From contig JAJHRG010000001.1 of the NCBI GenBank assembly GCA_020832905.1, positions 64,809 to 128,808 on the forward strand: DNA of 64,000 nucleotides, written 5' to 3'. The DNA comes from Thermoproteota archaeon (GTDB lineage: Archaea > Thermoproteota > Methanomethylicia > Methanomethylicales > Methanomethylicaceae). Numbering within the stretch: position 1 is the first letter of the stretch; every line of letters begins with the position of its first letter. Positions 13,390-22,481 of the stretch are shown piece after piece. The translations under genes were made by a program, and so were the position numbers. Under the pieces are notes generated by a model. That model saw nothing but the letters and a program-made list of their open reading frames with translations. It searched no databases and was not told the DNA's origin.

Positions 13390-13911
13390 TTGCTATTCCA
13401 TTATGCAAATAATATGTCAATTGAAAGCTTTAAATTAGCAGATAATGAAATACTAATAATGAAAGGAAAAAATGGATTATTAGGAATTGCAAAAGCTAAA
13501 GGTATAAATAAAGTTATTATAGAAAGTTTTGAAAAAGAAATGGAATTAATAGTTAATCCAGAAGATATTATTGTAGTTTCATGCTTTAGTAATAATGAAA
13601 AATTTATAAATGGAATAGCATGTATGATTTATTTAATTAAAGAAATAGGAATACCTCTTATTTCATTTCCTAAGGAAAGAAAAACTTCATTTATTCCTAA
13701 TATGCTAATAGCCATAGGAAAAAACATTATCTTAACTACAAAAATAGAACCAGGAAAAGAAAAACAAAATATGTTATGTGTCACTAAAGATTTTGATAAT
13801 ATGGAAGTTATCTCAAATAATGAAGAAATAGTAATAAAAGGAATTGATAAAAAGAAGGTAAATATTTTTAAAATTAATCAACCTCACATACAATATATGA
13901 ATAATTACTAA
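13390..13911 (+). CDS. Hypothetical protein
   Basis: 173-aa ORF with no recognisable motif. The start is uncertain (MSIESFKL at 13414 is possible). A 46-codon ORF (13281-13421) in another frame overlaps its 5' end. Confidence 0.35.
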   Translation: MLFHYANNMSIESFKLADNEILIMKGKNGLLGIAKAKGINKVIIESFEKEMELIVNPEDIIVVSCFSNNEKFINGIACMIYLIKEIGIPLISFPKERKTSFIPNMLIAIGKNIILTTKIEPGKEKQNMLCVTKDFDNMEVISNNEEIVIKGIDKKKVNIFKINQPHIQYMNNY

Positions 13912-14506
13912 ATCTATATTTCTTCCATGATAATATTCTTATTGGACTTTTATATAATGGACATTCTAAAACTAATGTATGATATTCACCATTTTCTCCT
14001 AATGGATCAATATTTTTATTCTTACTAAGAAAATAATCTAAAGTATCTTTTGATAATATAAAACCAAGCCATTCTTCACTTAAAATATTATTATCAATAC
14101 ATATTATCATCGCTTTAAATTTCTCCTCCATCATTTCTTTTAATATATCTAATGAAGACCTATGAAAAATTGGTTCAATAATAGATATATTAAGCTTTTT
14201 ACATATATTCTCTAACCATTTAACATGATCTTCTATAAAAACATCTCCACCAACTAGTATATCAATATTCATTCTATTGAGAAAATTAATAAAATTATCT
14301 ATACCATTTTTTAAATTAATAATAAATAATTGTTTATTCATTTTTTCTGCAATTTTTTTAAGAGCATTTATATTTTCTAAATGACCACTTGGTCTATTAA
14401 AAGTGGTAATAAATGTAATTAAATAGTTAATAGGAATACCTAATTTTTCTACTAAGTAAATAGAATATAGTGAATCTTTTCCAGAGAAAAGAGCAGCTCC
14501 TTTCAT
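13874..14506 (-). CDS. PP-loop ATP pyrophosphatase of the MJ0570 family (diphthine-ammonia ligase Dph6-like), paralogue 1
   Basis: N-terminal FSGKDS PP-loop and the family signature GENGEYHTLVLECP. Confidence 0.7.
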   Translation of the reverse strand: MKGAALFSGKDSLYSIYLVEKLGIPINYLITFITTFNRPSGHLENINALKKIAEKMNKQLFIINLKNGIDNFINFLNRMNIDILVGGDVFIEDHVKWLENICKKLNISIIEPIFHRSSLDILKEMMEEKFKAMIICIDNNILSEEWLGFILSKDTLDYFLSKNKNIDPLGENGEYHTLVLECPLYKSPIRILSWKKYRFSNYSYIVCEVD

Positions 14507-14596
14507 TTTTATTCATAAAATAGTTAAAATTAATAAAATAAAAAATTTTGGAAAAAATAATTAGAATGTTTGTATAATTATTAAATGGGGTTAAAA

Positions 14597-15235
14597 ATGT
14601 CTGAAATAATTGTCAAATGGTTAGGACATGCAAGTTTTCAAATAAAAACAGATAATAAAATAATCTATATTGATCCATATGAAGGAGAATATGAAGAAAA
14701 AGCAGATATTATACTAGTTACTCATTCACATTATGATCATTGTGATACTTCAAAAATTAAAAAAATAACAAAAAAAGAAACAGTAATAATTGCACCTGAA
14801 GAATGTGCAAAGAAAATTAATGCAAAATCAATAAAGCCAGGAGAAAAAATGACAATTAATGGAATAATCATTCAAGCAGTTCATGCATATAATGTTAGAC
14901 GTTTTAGATCTCCAGGAGTTCCATTTCATCCAAAGGGATTTGGTGTTGGTTACTTAATAACTATAGGAGATAAAACAATTTATCATGCAGGAGATACTGA
15001 TTTTATTCCTGAAATGAAAGAACTAAAGAATATTACACTAGCTTTACTTCCAAGTGGAGGTACATATACAATGGACAATCCAGAAGCTGCTGAAGCTACT
15101 ATAACAATTAATCCAAAAATTGTAATTCCAATGCATAGATGGGATACAAATCCAGAAGAATTTAAGAAGAAAGTAGAAGAAAAATCAAACATAAAAGTTG
15201 TAATACTTAATCCTGGTGAAGTCTATAAGCTATAA
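14597..15235 (+). CDS. Metallo-beta-lactamase-fold hydrolase
   Basis: LVTHSHYDHCD zinc-binding motif and a downstream HAGDT. About 210 aa. Confidence 0.75.
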   Translation: MSEIIVKWLGHASFQIKTDNKIIYIDPYEGEYEEKADIILVTHSHYDHCDTSKIKKITKKETVIIAPEECAKKINAKSIKPGEKMTINGIIIQAVHAYNVRRFRSPGVPFHPKGFGVGYLITIGDKTIYHAGDTDFIPEMKELKNITLALLPSGGTYTMDNPEAAEATITINPKIVIPMHRWDTNPEEFKKKVEEKSNIKVVILNPGEVYKL

Positions 15236-15864
15236 TGAGTGAAATAAAGTTTTATAGTGAAAAAACAGGAAAGTACTATAGACTTATAAGTACAAGTACT
15301 TGGCCATATCTAGAAATTTCAGGAATAAGAATGCATAGAGCAGATGATGTTGATCCAAAAACAGATGCTGAATTAAAAATAAAAGCACTTGGAAGAGTTT
15401 ATGGAAGAGTTTTAGACTGTTGTACAGGTTTAGGGTATACTGCTATTTTATTAGCAAATAAAAAAAGTGTAAATGAAGTAATAACAATAGAAAAAGATGA
15501 AAATGTAATAATGATTGCTAAACAAAATCCATATTCAAAACCTCTTTTTGAAAATAGTAAAATAAAGCTTATAATTGGAGATGCTTTTGAAGAAATAAAA
15601 AAATTTGAAGATAAATATTTTAATTTTATAGTACATGATCCACCTAGAATAAGTATTGCTCATGAGCTTTACTCTTTAGAATTTTATAAACAACTTTATA
15701 GAGTATTAAAAGACAATGGTAGAATATTACATTATGTTGGAAGACCAGGAATAAGACAAGGTAAGAATTACATAAAAGGAATAATTAATAGATTAAGAAT
15801 GGCAGGATTTAGAAGAATTAAAATGATTGATTATGCTTTAAGTCTATTAATTGAAAAAATATAA
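15235..15864 (+). CDS. Class I SAM-dependent methyltransferase (DPPR motif; N6-adenine/N2-guanine-type)
   Basis: Motif I VLDCCTGLGYTA and motif IV HDPPR. Confidence 0.6.
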   Translation: MSEIKFYSEKTGKYYRLISTSTWPYLEISGIRMHRADDVDPKTDAELKIKALGRVYGRVLDCCTGLGYTAILLANKKSVNEVITIEKDENVIMIAKQNPYSKPLFENSKIKLIIGDAFEEIKKFEDKYFNFIVHDPPRISIAHELYSLEFYKQLYRVLKDNGRILHYVGRPGIRQGKNYIKGIINRLRMAGFRRIKMIDYALSLLIEKI

Positions 15865-15890
15865 ATAGTATGGATGGATAATCCATACAT

Positions 15891-16373
15891 ATGTCAGAAA
15901 ATATAAAAAGAAGAGCAAAAATTCTTACAGAAATTGCTTTATTTTCTGCAATAAGTGGAATAGGTGCTATGATTCCTATACCAAGTCCAATTGGTTCTAT
16001 AGCTTTAGATTCTTTTCCAGGATATTTTATGGCACTTTGGAGAGGAAAAATAGAAGGAGCATTAGTATGTGCTATTGGACATTTACTTTCTGCAATAAGA
16101 GCTGGATTTCCATTAGGATTACTTCATATAGCCATAGCCTTACTTATGGCTATTGTTGGATTAACTATAGCAATTATTAAAAATAAATATGGAATTACTA
16201 TGGGTCTTATAGGTGGTATAATTTTAAATACAATAGGAGTAATAATTGTAGTACCAGTTTTAGGATGGGGAGCAATTATAGTAATTACACCAATATTATT
16301 CTTAGCTTCTTTAATAAATGCAATCATAGCAGGAATAATATATAAAATATTAGTGAAGATTTATGTTAAGTAA
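15891..16373 (+). CDS. Small polytopic membrane protein resembling an ECF-transporter substrate-capture (S) component
   Basis: 160 aa with about 5 TM helices, Gly/Ile-rich, no soluble domain. It lies head-to-tail with a PurM-like gene, next to the cobamide salvage cluster. Confidence 0.45.
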   Translation: MSENIKRRAKILTEIALFSAISGIGAMIPIPSPIGSIALDSFPGYFMALWRGKIEGALVCAIGHLLSAIRAGFPLGLLHIAIALLMAIVGLTIAIIKNKYGITMGLIGGIILNTIGVIIVVPVLGWGAIIVITPILFLASLINAIIAGIIYKILVKIYVK

Positions 16374-17100
16374 CTTCAGAGATATATTAATAAAAAAATT
16401 AGGAAATTATTTTTTAATTATAAGTTGTGATTCTTCAGGAGCAATTGGTCCAAAGAATGGAGATTTTCTAAAAGTTAATGGGGAAATTTTAGGAAAATAT
16501 ATGGTAAGAAGTGCTTTAATGGAAATTTTATCTGTAAAAGCAAAACCAATATGTATATCTTGTGGATTAGGTGTAGAGCCAGAACCAACTGGAGAAAGTA
16601 TAATTAAAGGAATAAAAGAAGAAATGATAAAAGTAGGACTTAATCCTAATGAAGATCTTGTTATAAGTACTGAAAAGAATTTTCCAACTAATCAAACAGG
16701 ACTTGGTATTACTGCTATAGGATTTGCTTCAAAAAAAGATTTACTTATTGGAAAATCAAAAAAGAATGATTTAATTATTAGTATTGGTTTACCTTCAGTT
16801 GGAAAAGAAGTTTTAGAAAATAAAGATAGTATTGTAGATATTGATGATGTATTAACTCTATTGTCTATGGATTTTATTCATGGAATTATTCCAGTTGGTT
16901 CTAAAGGAATATTGTATGAGGCAAACATATTAGCAAGAGAATCAAATCTTAAATTAAGACTTTTTAATGATATAAAATTAGATTTAAAGAAATCTGCTGG
17001 ACCAAGCACTGTTATACTTGTTACATTAAGAGAAAAATATATTGATATTATTAAAAGTAAGATTAAGAAACCAATACATAAAATAGCAACTTTAATTTAG
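16363..17100 (+). CDS. AIR-synthase-related (PurM/ThiL-like) protein; possible small-molecule kinase
   Basis: 245 aa with glycine-rich segments (CDSSGAIGPKNG, GLGVEPEPTGE) that recall the PurM-like fold. No confident family assignment. Confidence 0.35.
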   Translation: MLSNFRDILIKKLGNYFLIISCDSSGAIGPKNGDFLKVNGEILGKYMVRSALMEILSVKAKPICISCGLGVEPEPTGESIIKGIKEEMIKVGLNPNEDLVISTEKNFPTNQTGLGITAIGFASKKDLLIGKSKKNDLIISIGLPSVGKEVLENKDSIVDIDDVLTLLSMDFIHGIIPVGSKGILYEANILARESNLKLRLFNDIKLDLKKSAGPSTVILVTLREKYIDIIKSKIKKPIHKIATLI

Positions 17101-17720
17101 TTTTTTATTTTTAATTTCTCCATATATTCTCTTGCCTTTAAATATTCATCAAAAGTATTTATATTAAAAACTACTTCAAAATTATTCATAATTAAGTATA
17201 TTTCCTCAATATATTTTTCATCAATTTTTGTCTTATCAATAATATTTATACCACATGGAACAAATTCTTCATTATTAATTTTTATTATATAAGTTGGTAT
17301 TAAATTATAGCTTAATAAGTTCTTTAAAGGTGTTATTACAGTAAGAGAAGGTTTTTTCTCTTCTATGTATTTATTAATAATGAAATTAATAATTTCTGAT
17401 GTGATAAATGGAAGATCTGCTGATATTACAATAAAATATTTACCATTAGAATTCTTTATTGCAAACTTCATATCCTCATGATAATCTCTTCCACTTGTTT
17501 CTAATATGTTAATTCCCTTAATTGATTTTAGATAATTTTTTGTATTTACAGTATTAGGAGAAACAGTTACAATGATCTTATCTATAAATGAAGAATTTTT
17601 TACTGCATTTATTACTCTTTCAATTAAAGTTATTCCTCCTAATTTTAATAATGGTTTTTCAATTTTAATATTCATTCTTGAACTTTTTCCACCAGCCATT
17701 ATAATTGCAGTAAATTTCAT
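17097..17720 (-). CDS. cobY: MobA-like NTP transferase; candidate adenosylcobinamide-phosphate guanylyltransferase (archaeal CobY)
   Basis: N-terminal AIIMAGGKSSRM and EKPLLKLGG, the nucleotidyltransferase signature. First gene of the salvage operon. Confidence 0.55.
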   Translation of the reverse strand: MKFTAIIMAGGKSSRMNIKIEKPLLKLGGITLIERVINAVKNSSFIDKIIVTVSPNTVNTKNYLKSIKGINILETSGRDYHEDMKFAIKNSNGKYFIVISADLPFITSEIINFIINKYIEEKKPSLTVITPLKNLLSYNLIPTYIIKINNEEFVPCGINIIDKTKIDEKYIEEIYLIMNNFEVVFNINTFDEYLKAREYMEKLKIKN

Positions 17721-17721
17721 T

Positions 17722-18453
17722 TTAAAACCCCATTAATAATAATAGTAATAAACAAATTATTCTTGAAAATTCATTTGTACAACCAAGCATATCTCCACTA
17801 ATACAATTAAAAATCTTATGTAAAATATTAGTCCAAATTACTGAAAATAATATAATTGAAATAAAGATAATAAAGACTTTAGGATTAATAATTATAATAA
17901 CTAATGGTAATAATGAGCCAAGAACTATATTTCTATATTTTTTCTCCTTAAATTTTACTATAAAGATTTTTCCTATACCAAATTCACATGGTTTTCCTAT
18001 AAAGCTAACTAATAAAATTGATAATTTTGCAAATGTTTCAGCAATTATTAGAGAAATAAGAATATTTTTTATTAGTGAAATTAAGATAAAACTCATAGAT
18101 AATACTGCATATAGCAAAAAGAAACCACCAATACCATGATGTTTATCATGTAATATTTTTAGTTTTTCATTTTTACTTCCTCTAAACATTATTGCATCAC
18201 CTAAATCTAGTACACCATCTAAATGATGTAAACCTGTAATTATTAATAAACAAAAAAGTGTAAGTAATCCTGCTAATAACTTTGGAAAGAATATAAATAA
18301 AATAGTACCAAATAAACCACTAATAGTACCAATTATTGCTCCAACTAAAGGAAAGAAGTATGCATAATATGCAATTTCTTCTATATTACTACTATTAACT
18401 GGAATTATTGTTAAAAAGGAAATAACTGAAATAAATCCCTTTAATATTTTCAT
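17722..18453 (-). CDS. cobS: Adenosylcobinamide-GDP ribazoletransferase (cobalamin synthase)
   Basis: 243 aa polytopic membrane protein. The N-terminus FISVISFLTIIPV and the overall hydrophobicity pattern are typical of CobS. Confidence 0.65.
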   Translation of the reverse strand: MKILKGFISVISFLTIIPVNSSNIEEIAYYAYFFPLVGAIIGTISGLFGTILFIFFPKLLAGLLTLFCLLIITGLHHLDGVLDLGDAIMFRGSKNEKLKILHDKHHGIGGFFLLYAVLSMSFILISLIKNILISLIIAETFAKLSILLVSFIGKPCEFGIGKIFIVKFKEKKYRNIVLGSLLPLVIIIINPKVFIIFISIILFSVIWTNILHKIFNCISGDMLGCTNEFSRIICLLLLLLMGF

Positions 18454-19568
18454 TTTTTTCTTTCCTCAATCATATAAGAGTACATTTTACTCGATACTCC
18501 TGCTAATAATCCACCTATAACATCATCAATAAAAGGAGGTAAATTCTTTAAAATACCTGGTTTCTTTCTATCAAATCTATAAAATTCAAAAAGTCCATTA
18601 TATCCTGCAATATACATTGCAATAGAAATTCCTAAAATTTCATCAGCAACTAAATTTACAGGATCTTTTTTGTAATTCTCAGCACTCATATTAGGAATTA
18701 ATCCTCTTTCTCCATCTTCATTCAGTCTAAGACCTGCTATTACTAATGAGCTTACATTTATATCATCCATTACTTCTAATAAAATTCTTTTGAAAATTTC
18801 TTTAGCTTCTTCTTTTGAATAATTAGGATGTGGTACATAAATTTCCATAGCAGTTGAAATTAAATCTTCAAGTAGTATACCACGTTCTTTTAATCTTAAT
18901 AAGAGTTTTCTTTCAGTTTTTATATTATTGCATATTAGTGCATTATTTAAAGCATCTTCAACACATGAAGCAATTAACCATCCTAATTCAGTTGCACTAC
19001 CTGCATATTCTATAGCATTTCCTTTTCCTAGAGATGCTATAGCTAAAGCATCTGATGATGTACCAGTTGCTTGTTCATAACTTATAAAACTTCTTATATC
19101 AAAAGATGAAAGAACTTTACATTTAGCTTCTGTGATTGTTGTAATAGCATTAACCATACAACTTTCTGTCATTTCTCTATCAACAATAACAATAATATTA
19201 ATAGTACCAATATTAGGAATTTTAGTTTTTCTCATTATATTCCAATCTGTTATTGATAATGCATTTGAAATTCCTGCAGTAACAATTGCTAATACTTTTA
19301 TATTAGAAGATTCTTTTTTTGCAATTCCTGCTTTCATAAGATCTGCTCCAGTCATTAAGCATATAGCATTACTATCTACATTTTTAGATTTATAATATGC
19401 AATAGGATCATAATAGAAATCTTCTGGTATCCATAAATTTATTATCTTATTAGAAAATCTTAATCCTCCATTTATTGGAGCTGAGCTTAATACTTTAATT
19501 GGTTTTTTACTTTCAATAATAATATATTCCTTACTTATACTTACTTCTATATCATCAAAAAATATCAT
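18450..19568 (-). CDS. cbiZ: Fusion protein: adenosylcobinamide amidohydrolase (CbiZ) domain plus a C-terminal PgpA/CobZ-like (alpha-ribazole-phosphate phosphatase) domain
   Basis: The N-terminal 250 aa are CbiZ-like. The C-terminal 120 aa end in PPFIDDVIGGLLAGV, which matches the DDxxAG signature of the PgpA/CobZ family. Confidence 0.55.
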   Translation of the reverse strand: MIFFDDIEVSISKEYIIIESKKPIKVLSSAPINGGLRFSNKIINLWIPEDFYYDPIAYYKSKNVDSNAICLMTGADLMKAGIAKKESSNIKVLAIVTAGISNALSITDWNIMRKTKIPNIGTINIIVIVDREMTESCMVNAITTITEAKCKVLSSFDIRSFISYEQATGTSSDALAIASLGKGNAIEYAGSATELGWLIASCVEDALNNALICNNIKTERKLLLRLKERGILLEDLISTAMEIYVPHPNYSKEEAKEIFKRILLEVMDDINVSSLVIAGLRLNEDGERGLIPNMSAENYKKDPVNLVADEILGISIAMYIAGYNGLFEFYRFDRKKPGILKNLPPFIDDVIGGLLAGVSSKMYSYMIEERKK

Positions 19569-20455
19569 AATATCACCTCTAATAGTGAAAAAATAATAAT
19601 AGAAATGATAGCAGAAATAGTAAATATTTTTAAAGCATCTTTAATTTTCTCTAATGATGGTAATTCTTTTCCTCCTTCAATATAATATTCATTAGGTTTT
19701 CTAAGCCATATATTTAATGCTCCAGCCATTGATGCCATAGGCCATCCTGCATTTTTACTTTTAGTAAAAGAATGAAATCTTATAGTTGTAGTAATAGAAT
19801 TTTTCCAATTCTTCCTTAATATAAAAGCAGAAATAGTAAATAATAAAAAGCTAATTCTAGCAGGAATATAATTTGCTAAGGTATCTAATTTTGCAGAAAA
19901 CCAACCAAATTTAATATAACGTTCATTTTTATATCCAACCATTGAATCTAATGTATTTATAACTCTATATGCAACTGCACCTGGAAGACCAAAAATTACA
20001 TAATAAAATATAGGAGATAAAAATCCATCAACAAATCCTTCTGCAATTGTTTCAATTGTAGCTGATGCAATATGAGGTTTATCTAATGTTTTTGTATCTC
20101 TTCTTACAACTAATGATAAAAATCTTCTTGATAACTCTATATCTGTATTCATATATTTCATTATTGGAATAACATGTTTAAACATACTATTAAATGCAAA
20201 AGTCATTTTCAATATTAAAACAGATAAAATAAATTCTAACCACCATATGTTAATTAATTTTATTAAAAATGTAAAAGATGTAAATAAAATAATTGAAGAT
20301 ACTGCAAGTAAAGTACCTGCTAATCTTTCATTTTTTATTTTTCTAAAATAATTCTCCATTTTTTCTATAAATTTTCCAATCCAAACTGTAAGATGAAAAT
20401 AATTTGGAGGCTCTCCAAATATTAAATCAATTAAAAAAGAAATAATTAATATCAA
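19565..20455 (-). CDS. cbiB: Adenosylcobinamide-phosphate synthase (CbiB/CobD membrane protein)
   Basis: N-terminal LIDLIFGEPPNYFHLTVWIGKFI is the HPV-x-WIG-like CbiB signature. Polytopic membrane protein. Confidence 0.8.
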   Translation of the reverse strand: MILIISFLIDLIFGEPPNYFHLTVWIGKFIEKMENYFRKIKNERLAGTLLAVSSIILFTSFTFLIKLINIWWLEFILSVLILKMTFAFNSMFKHVIPIMKYMNTDIELSRRFLSLVVRRDTKTLDKPHIASATIETIAEGFVDGFLSPIFYYVIFGLPGAVAYRVINTLDSMVGYKNERYIKFGWFSAKLDTLANYIPARISFLLFTISAFILRKNWKNSITTTIRFHSFTKSKNAGWPMASMAGALNIWLRKPNEYYIEGGKELPSLEKIKDALKIFTISAIISIIIFSLLEVIL

Positions 20456-21819
20456 GGAGGAATCACTTCCAATACTTCTTTTCTTTTTTTTAGAATTTCT
20501 TCAGGATCTACTTTTTTAGCATCAATATCTACTAGTTTTTTAATTAATAAATTTACAACATCTTTTCTATGAATCCATATACAATCAGTACATGACCATA
20601 CTAATCTACCATTCTCTCTTTCTATGAATTTTCCTCCAGTAATATTATCTAGACATGGATAAAAATGACAAAAACAAAAACTACAATCTTCAACTTTTAA
20701 ATGACATTTCTTTTCAATACATATTGGATTATTTGGATAGAGTTTTTTCATTGAATAAATTATATTCTTTAAAGCTTTAATTAAAACAAGATTTTCTTCT
20801 TCTTTTCTTACTGCTATTCTAATGTAAGGTTCATTTAGTCCTCTTACTGAACTTAATTCTCTAATTAAAATAGCATATGATAATAATCTCCACTTCAAAT
20901 TTTTTGGTGAAAAACCACTTTTATTTATATTAATCATAAAGAAGTTTGTACTTGATGGAATTGGAACTAAACCATTAATTGATTTTATATTATTGAAAAG
21001 TTTTTCTTTTTCATTAAATATTTTCTTTTTTGAATATTTTAAAAAATCTAAGTCTTCTAAAGCAGATATCGCAGCTAATTCTTCTAAAGTACCTATTCTC
21101 CAGCTTATAGCAGTTTGATTAAATTTTTCAGCAAGACTTGAATGACATAAAGCATAGCCAACTCTCAGACCAGGAAAACCAAATGCTTTTGTAAGAGATC
21201 TTAAAACAAAAAGATTCCTAAAATCTAGTGTTAATGAGGCAAATGTTTTACTATTTTCAGAAAGCTCATAATATGCTTCATCAACTATTACAAAAATTCC
21301 TTTCTTTTCTGCAATTTCAATAATTTCAATAATTTTTTCATAATCTAAAATTTCACCAGTAGGATTATTTGGATTACAAAGAATAACACCACTAATTTCA
21401 TTATTTTTTACTATATCTAAAATTTTTTCTAAATTTATTTTGATTCCAATTGGTTCAATAAAAATAGCTTTTAATCCTAATGCTTTTACTACTACTTCAT
21501 ATTCACTAAATGTTGGTGTAGGAATTACTACTGATTTCTTAAAAAATCTTGTAAGTATAGAATGAATGAGTTCTGTTACTCCACATCCAACTATAATATT
21601 ATCACAAGGAAGATTAACATAATTAGCTATTGCTTTTCTTAATTTAGAATAATTTTTATCAGGATAATATTTTATAAGATGTAATGATGACTTAATTACT
21701 TCAATAACCTTAGGTGGAGGACCATATGGATTTATATTTGAACTAAAATCAATTATATTATTAGGAGATATTCCAATTTTATTAGAAATCTCAAAAACAT
21801 CTCCACCATGATCTATCAT
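20452..21819 (-). CDS. cobD: L-threonine-O-3-phosphate decarboxylase (class I/II aminotransferase fold) with a Cys-rich C-terminal extension of about 95 aa
   Basis: The N-terminus MIDHGGDVFE resembles the HGG start of Salmonella CobD. The PLP-fold body carries the LTKAFGFPGLRVGY lysine region. The C-terminal tail carries 9 Cys (CIEKKCH...CSFCFCHFYPC...SCTDCIW). Confidence 0.7.
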   Translation of the reverse strand: MIDHGGDVFEISNKIGISPNNIIDFSSNINPYGPPPKVIEVIKSSLHLIKYYPDKNYSKLRKAIANYVNLPCDNIIVGCGVTELIHSILTRFFKKSVVIPTPTFSEYEVVVKALGLKAIFIEPIGIKINLEKILDIVKNNEISGVILCNPNNPTGEILDYEKIIEIIEIAEKKGIFVIVDEAYYELSENSKTFASLTLDFRNLFVLRSLTKAFGFPGLRVGYALCHSSLAEKFNQTAISWRIGTLEELAAISALEDLDFLKYSKKKIFNEKEKLFNNIKSINGLVPIPSSTNFFMININKSGFSPKNLKWRLLSYAILIRELSSVRGLNEPYIRIAVRKEEENLVLIKALKNIIYSMKKLYPNNPICIEKKCHLKVEDCSFCFCHFYPCLDNITGGKFIERENGRLVWSCTDCIWIHRKDVVNLLIKKLVDIDAKKVDPEEILKKRKEVLEVIPP

Positions 21820-22475
21820 TTTCTTATCACCATAAATTCTCTTATTTTTAACATATAACGATTCCATTTTTCTAAGATCTCATAATCTTTTACAATTATT
21901 CTTCCTTTCATTATTGGAGCATCTAGTACTAAAGTATGATATTCTCCATATTCTCCACAAAAATCAATAGAAGAAAATTCCTTTATTACATCTTTATCAA
22001 TTATTTTTCCAATTAAATCTTTACTAAGTTTATTAGTATCTAAATCACATATAAGTGCTTTAATTCCATAATTTATTTCATTAATTAAAATATCATAAGA
22101 ATTACCCCATAATGGAGCATAAATATTAATATTATTTTCTTTACATAAATTTTCATACCAATTTAATTGTTCTATTGAACTTATATTCCCAACTATTATA
22201 CAATTAATATTAAGTTTTGAAAAAAGATTACTTAATTGTTTATATTCTTTTCCTTTTTCTAAATGTAATACATAAAGTGGAATTCCTATTAAATTAGCAA
22301 TAGTTTTTACAATATGAATATTAATTTCATGTATATTAGGTCTTGGAAAATCATGAGTATTAAATAAGAGATAATTAACTGATAATCCATTTTCCTTAGC
22401 TTTTATAATAGAGAAGATAGAATCCTTTCCACCAGAGAAAAATGCCAAAACTTTTAAATCTTTTTTATATTTCAT
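21816..22475 (-). CDS. PP-loop ATP pyrophosphatase of the MJ0570 family (Dph6-like), paralogue 2
   Basis: FFSGGKDS PP-loop and GEYGEYHTLVLDAP signature. Embedded in the cobamide salvage operon. Confidence 0.7.
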   Translation of the reverse strand: MKYKKDLKVLAFFSGGKDSIFSIIKAKENGLSVNYLLFNTHDFPRPNIHEINIHIVKTIANLIGIPLYVLHLEKGKEYKQLSNLFSKLNINCIIVGNISSIEQLNWYENLCKENNINIYAPLWGNSYDILINEINYGIKALICDLDTNKLSKDLIGKIIDKDVIKEFSSIDFCGEYGEYHTLVLDAPIMKGRIIVKDYEILEKWNRYMLKIREFMVIRK

Positions 22476-22481
22476 TTTTCT

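Noticed and set aside
13281-13421. 46-codon ORF (MCFIGAPFIYIDVEKIL...) overlapping the start of the 13390 ORF in another frame. A possible frameshifted N-terminus or pseudogene.
   Set aside because: No recognisable family is available to support a frameshift call. Left as a note only.
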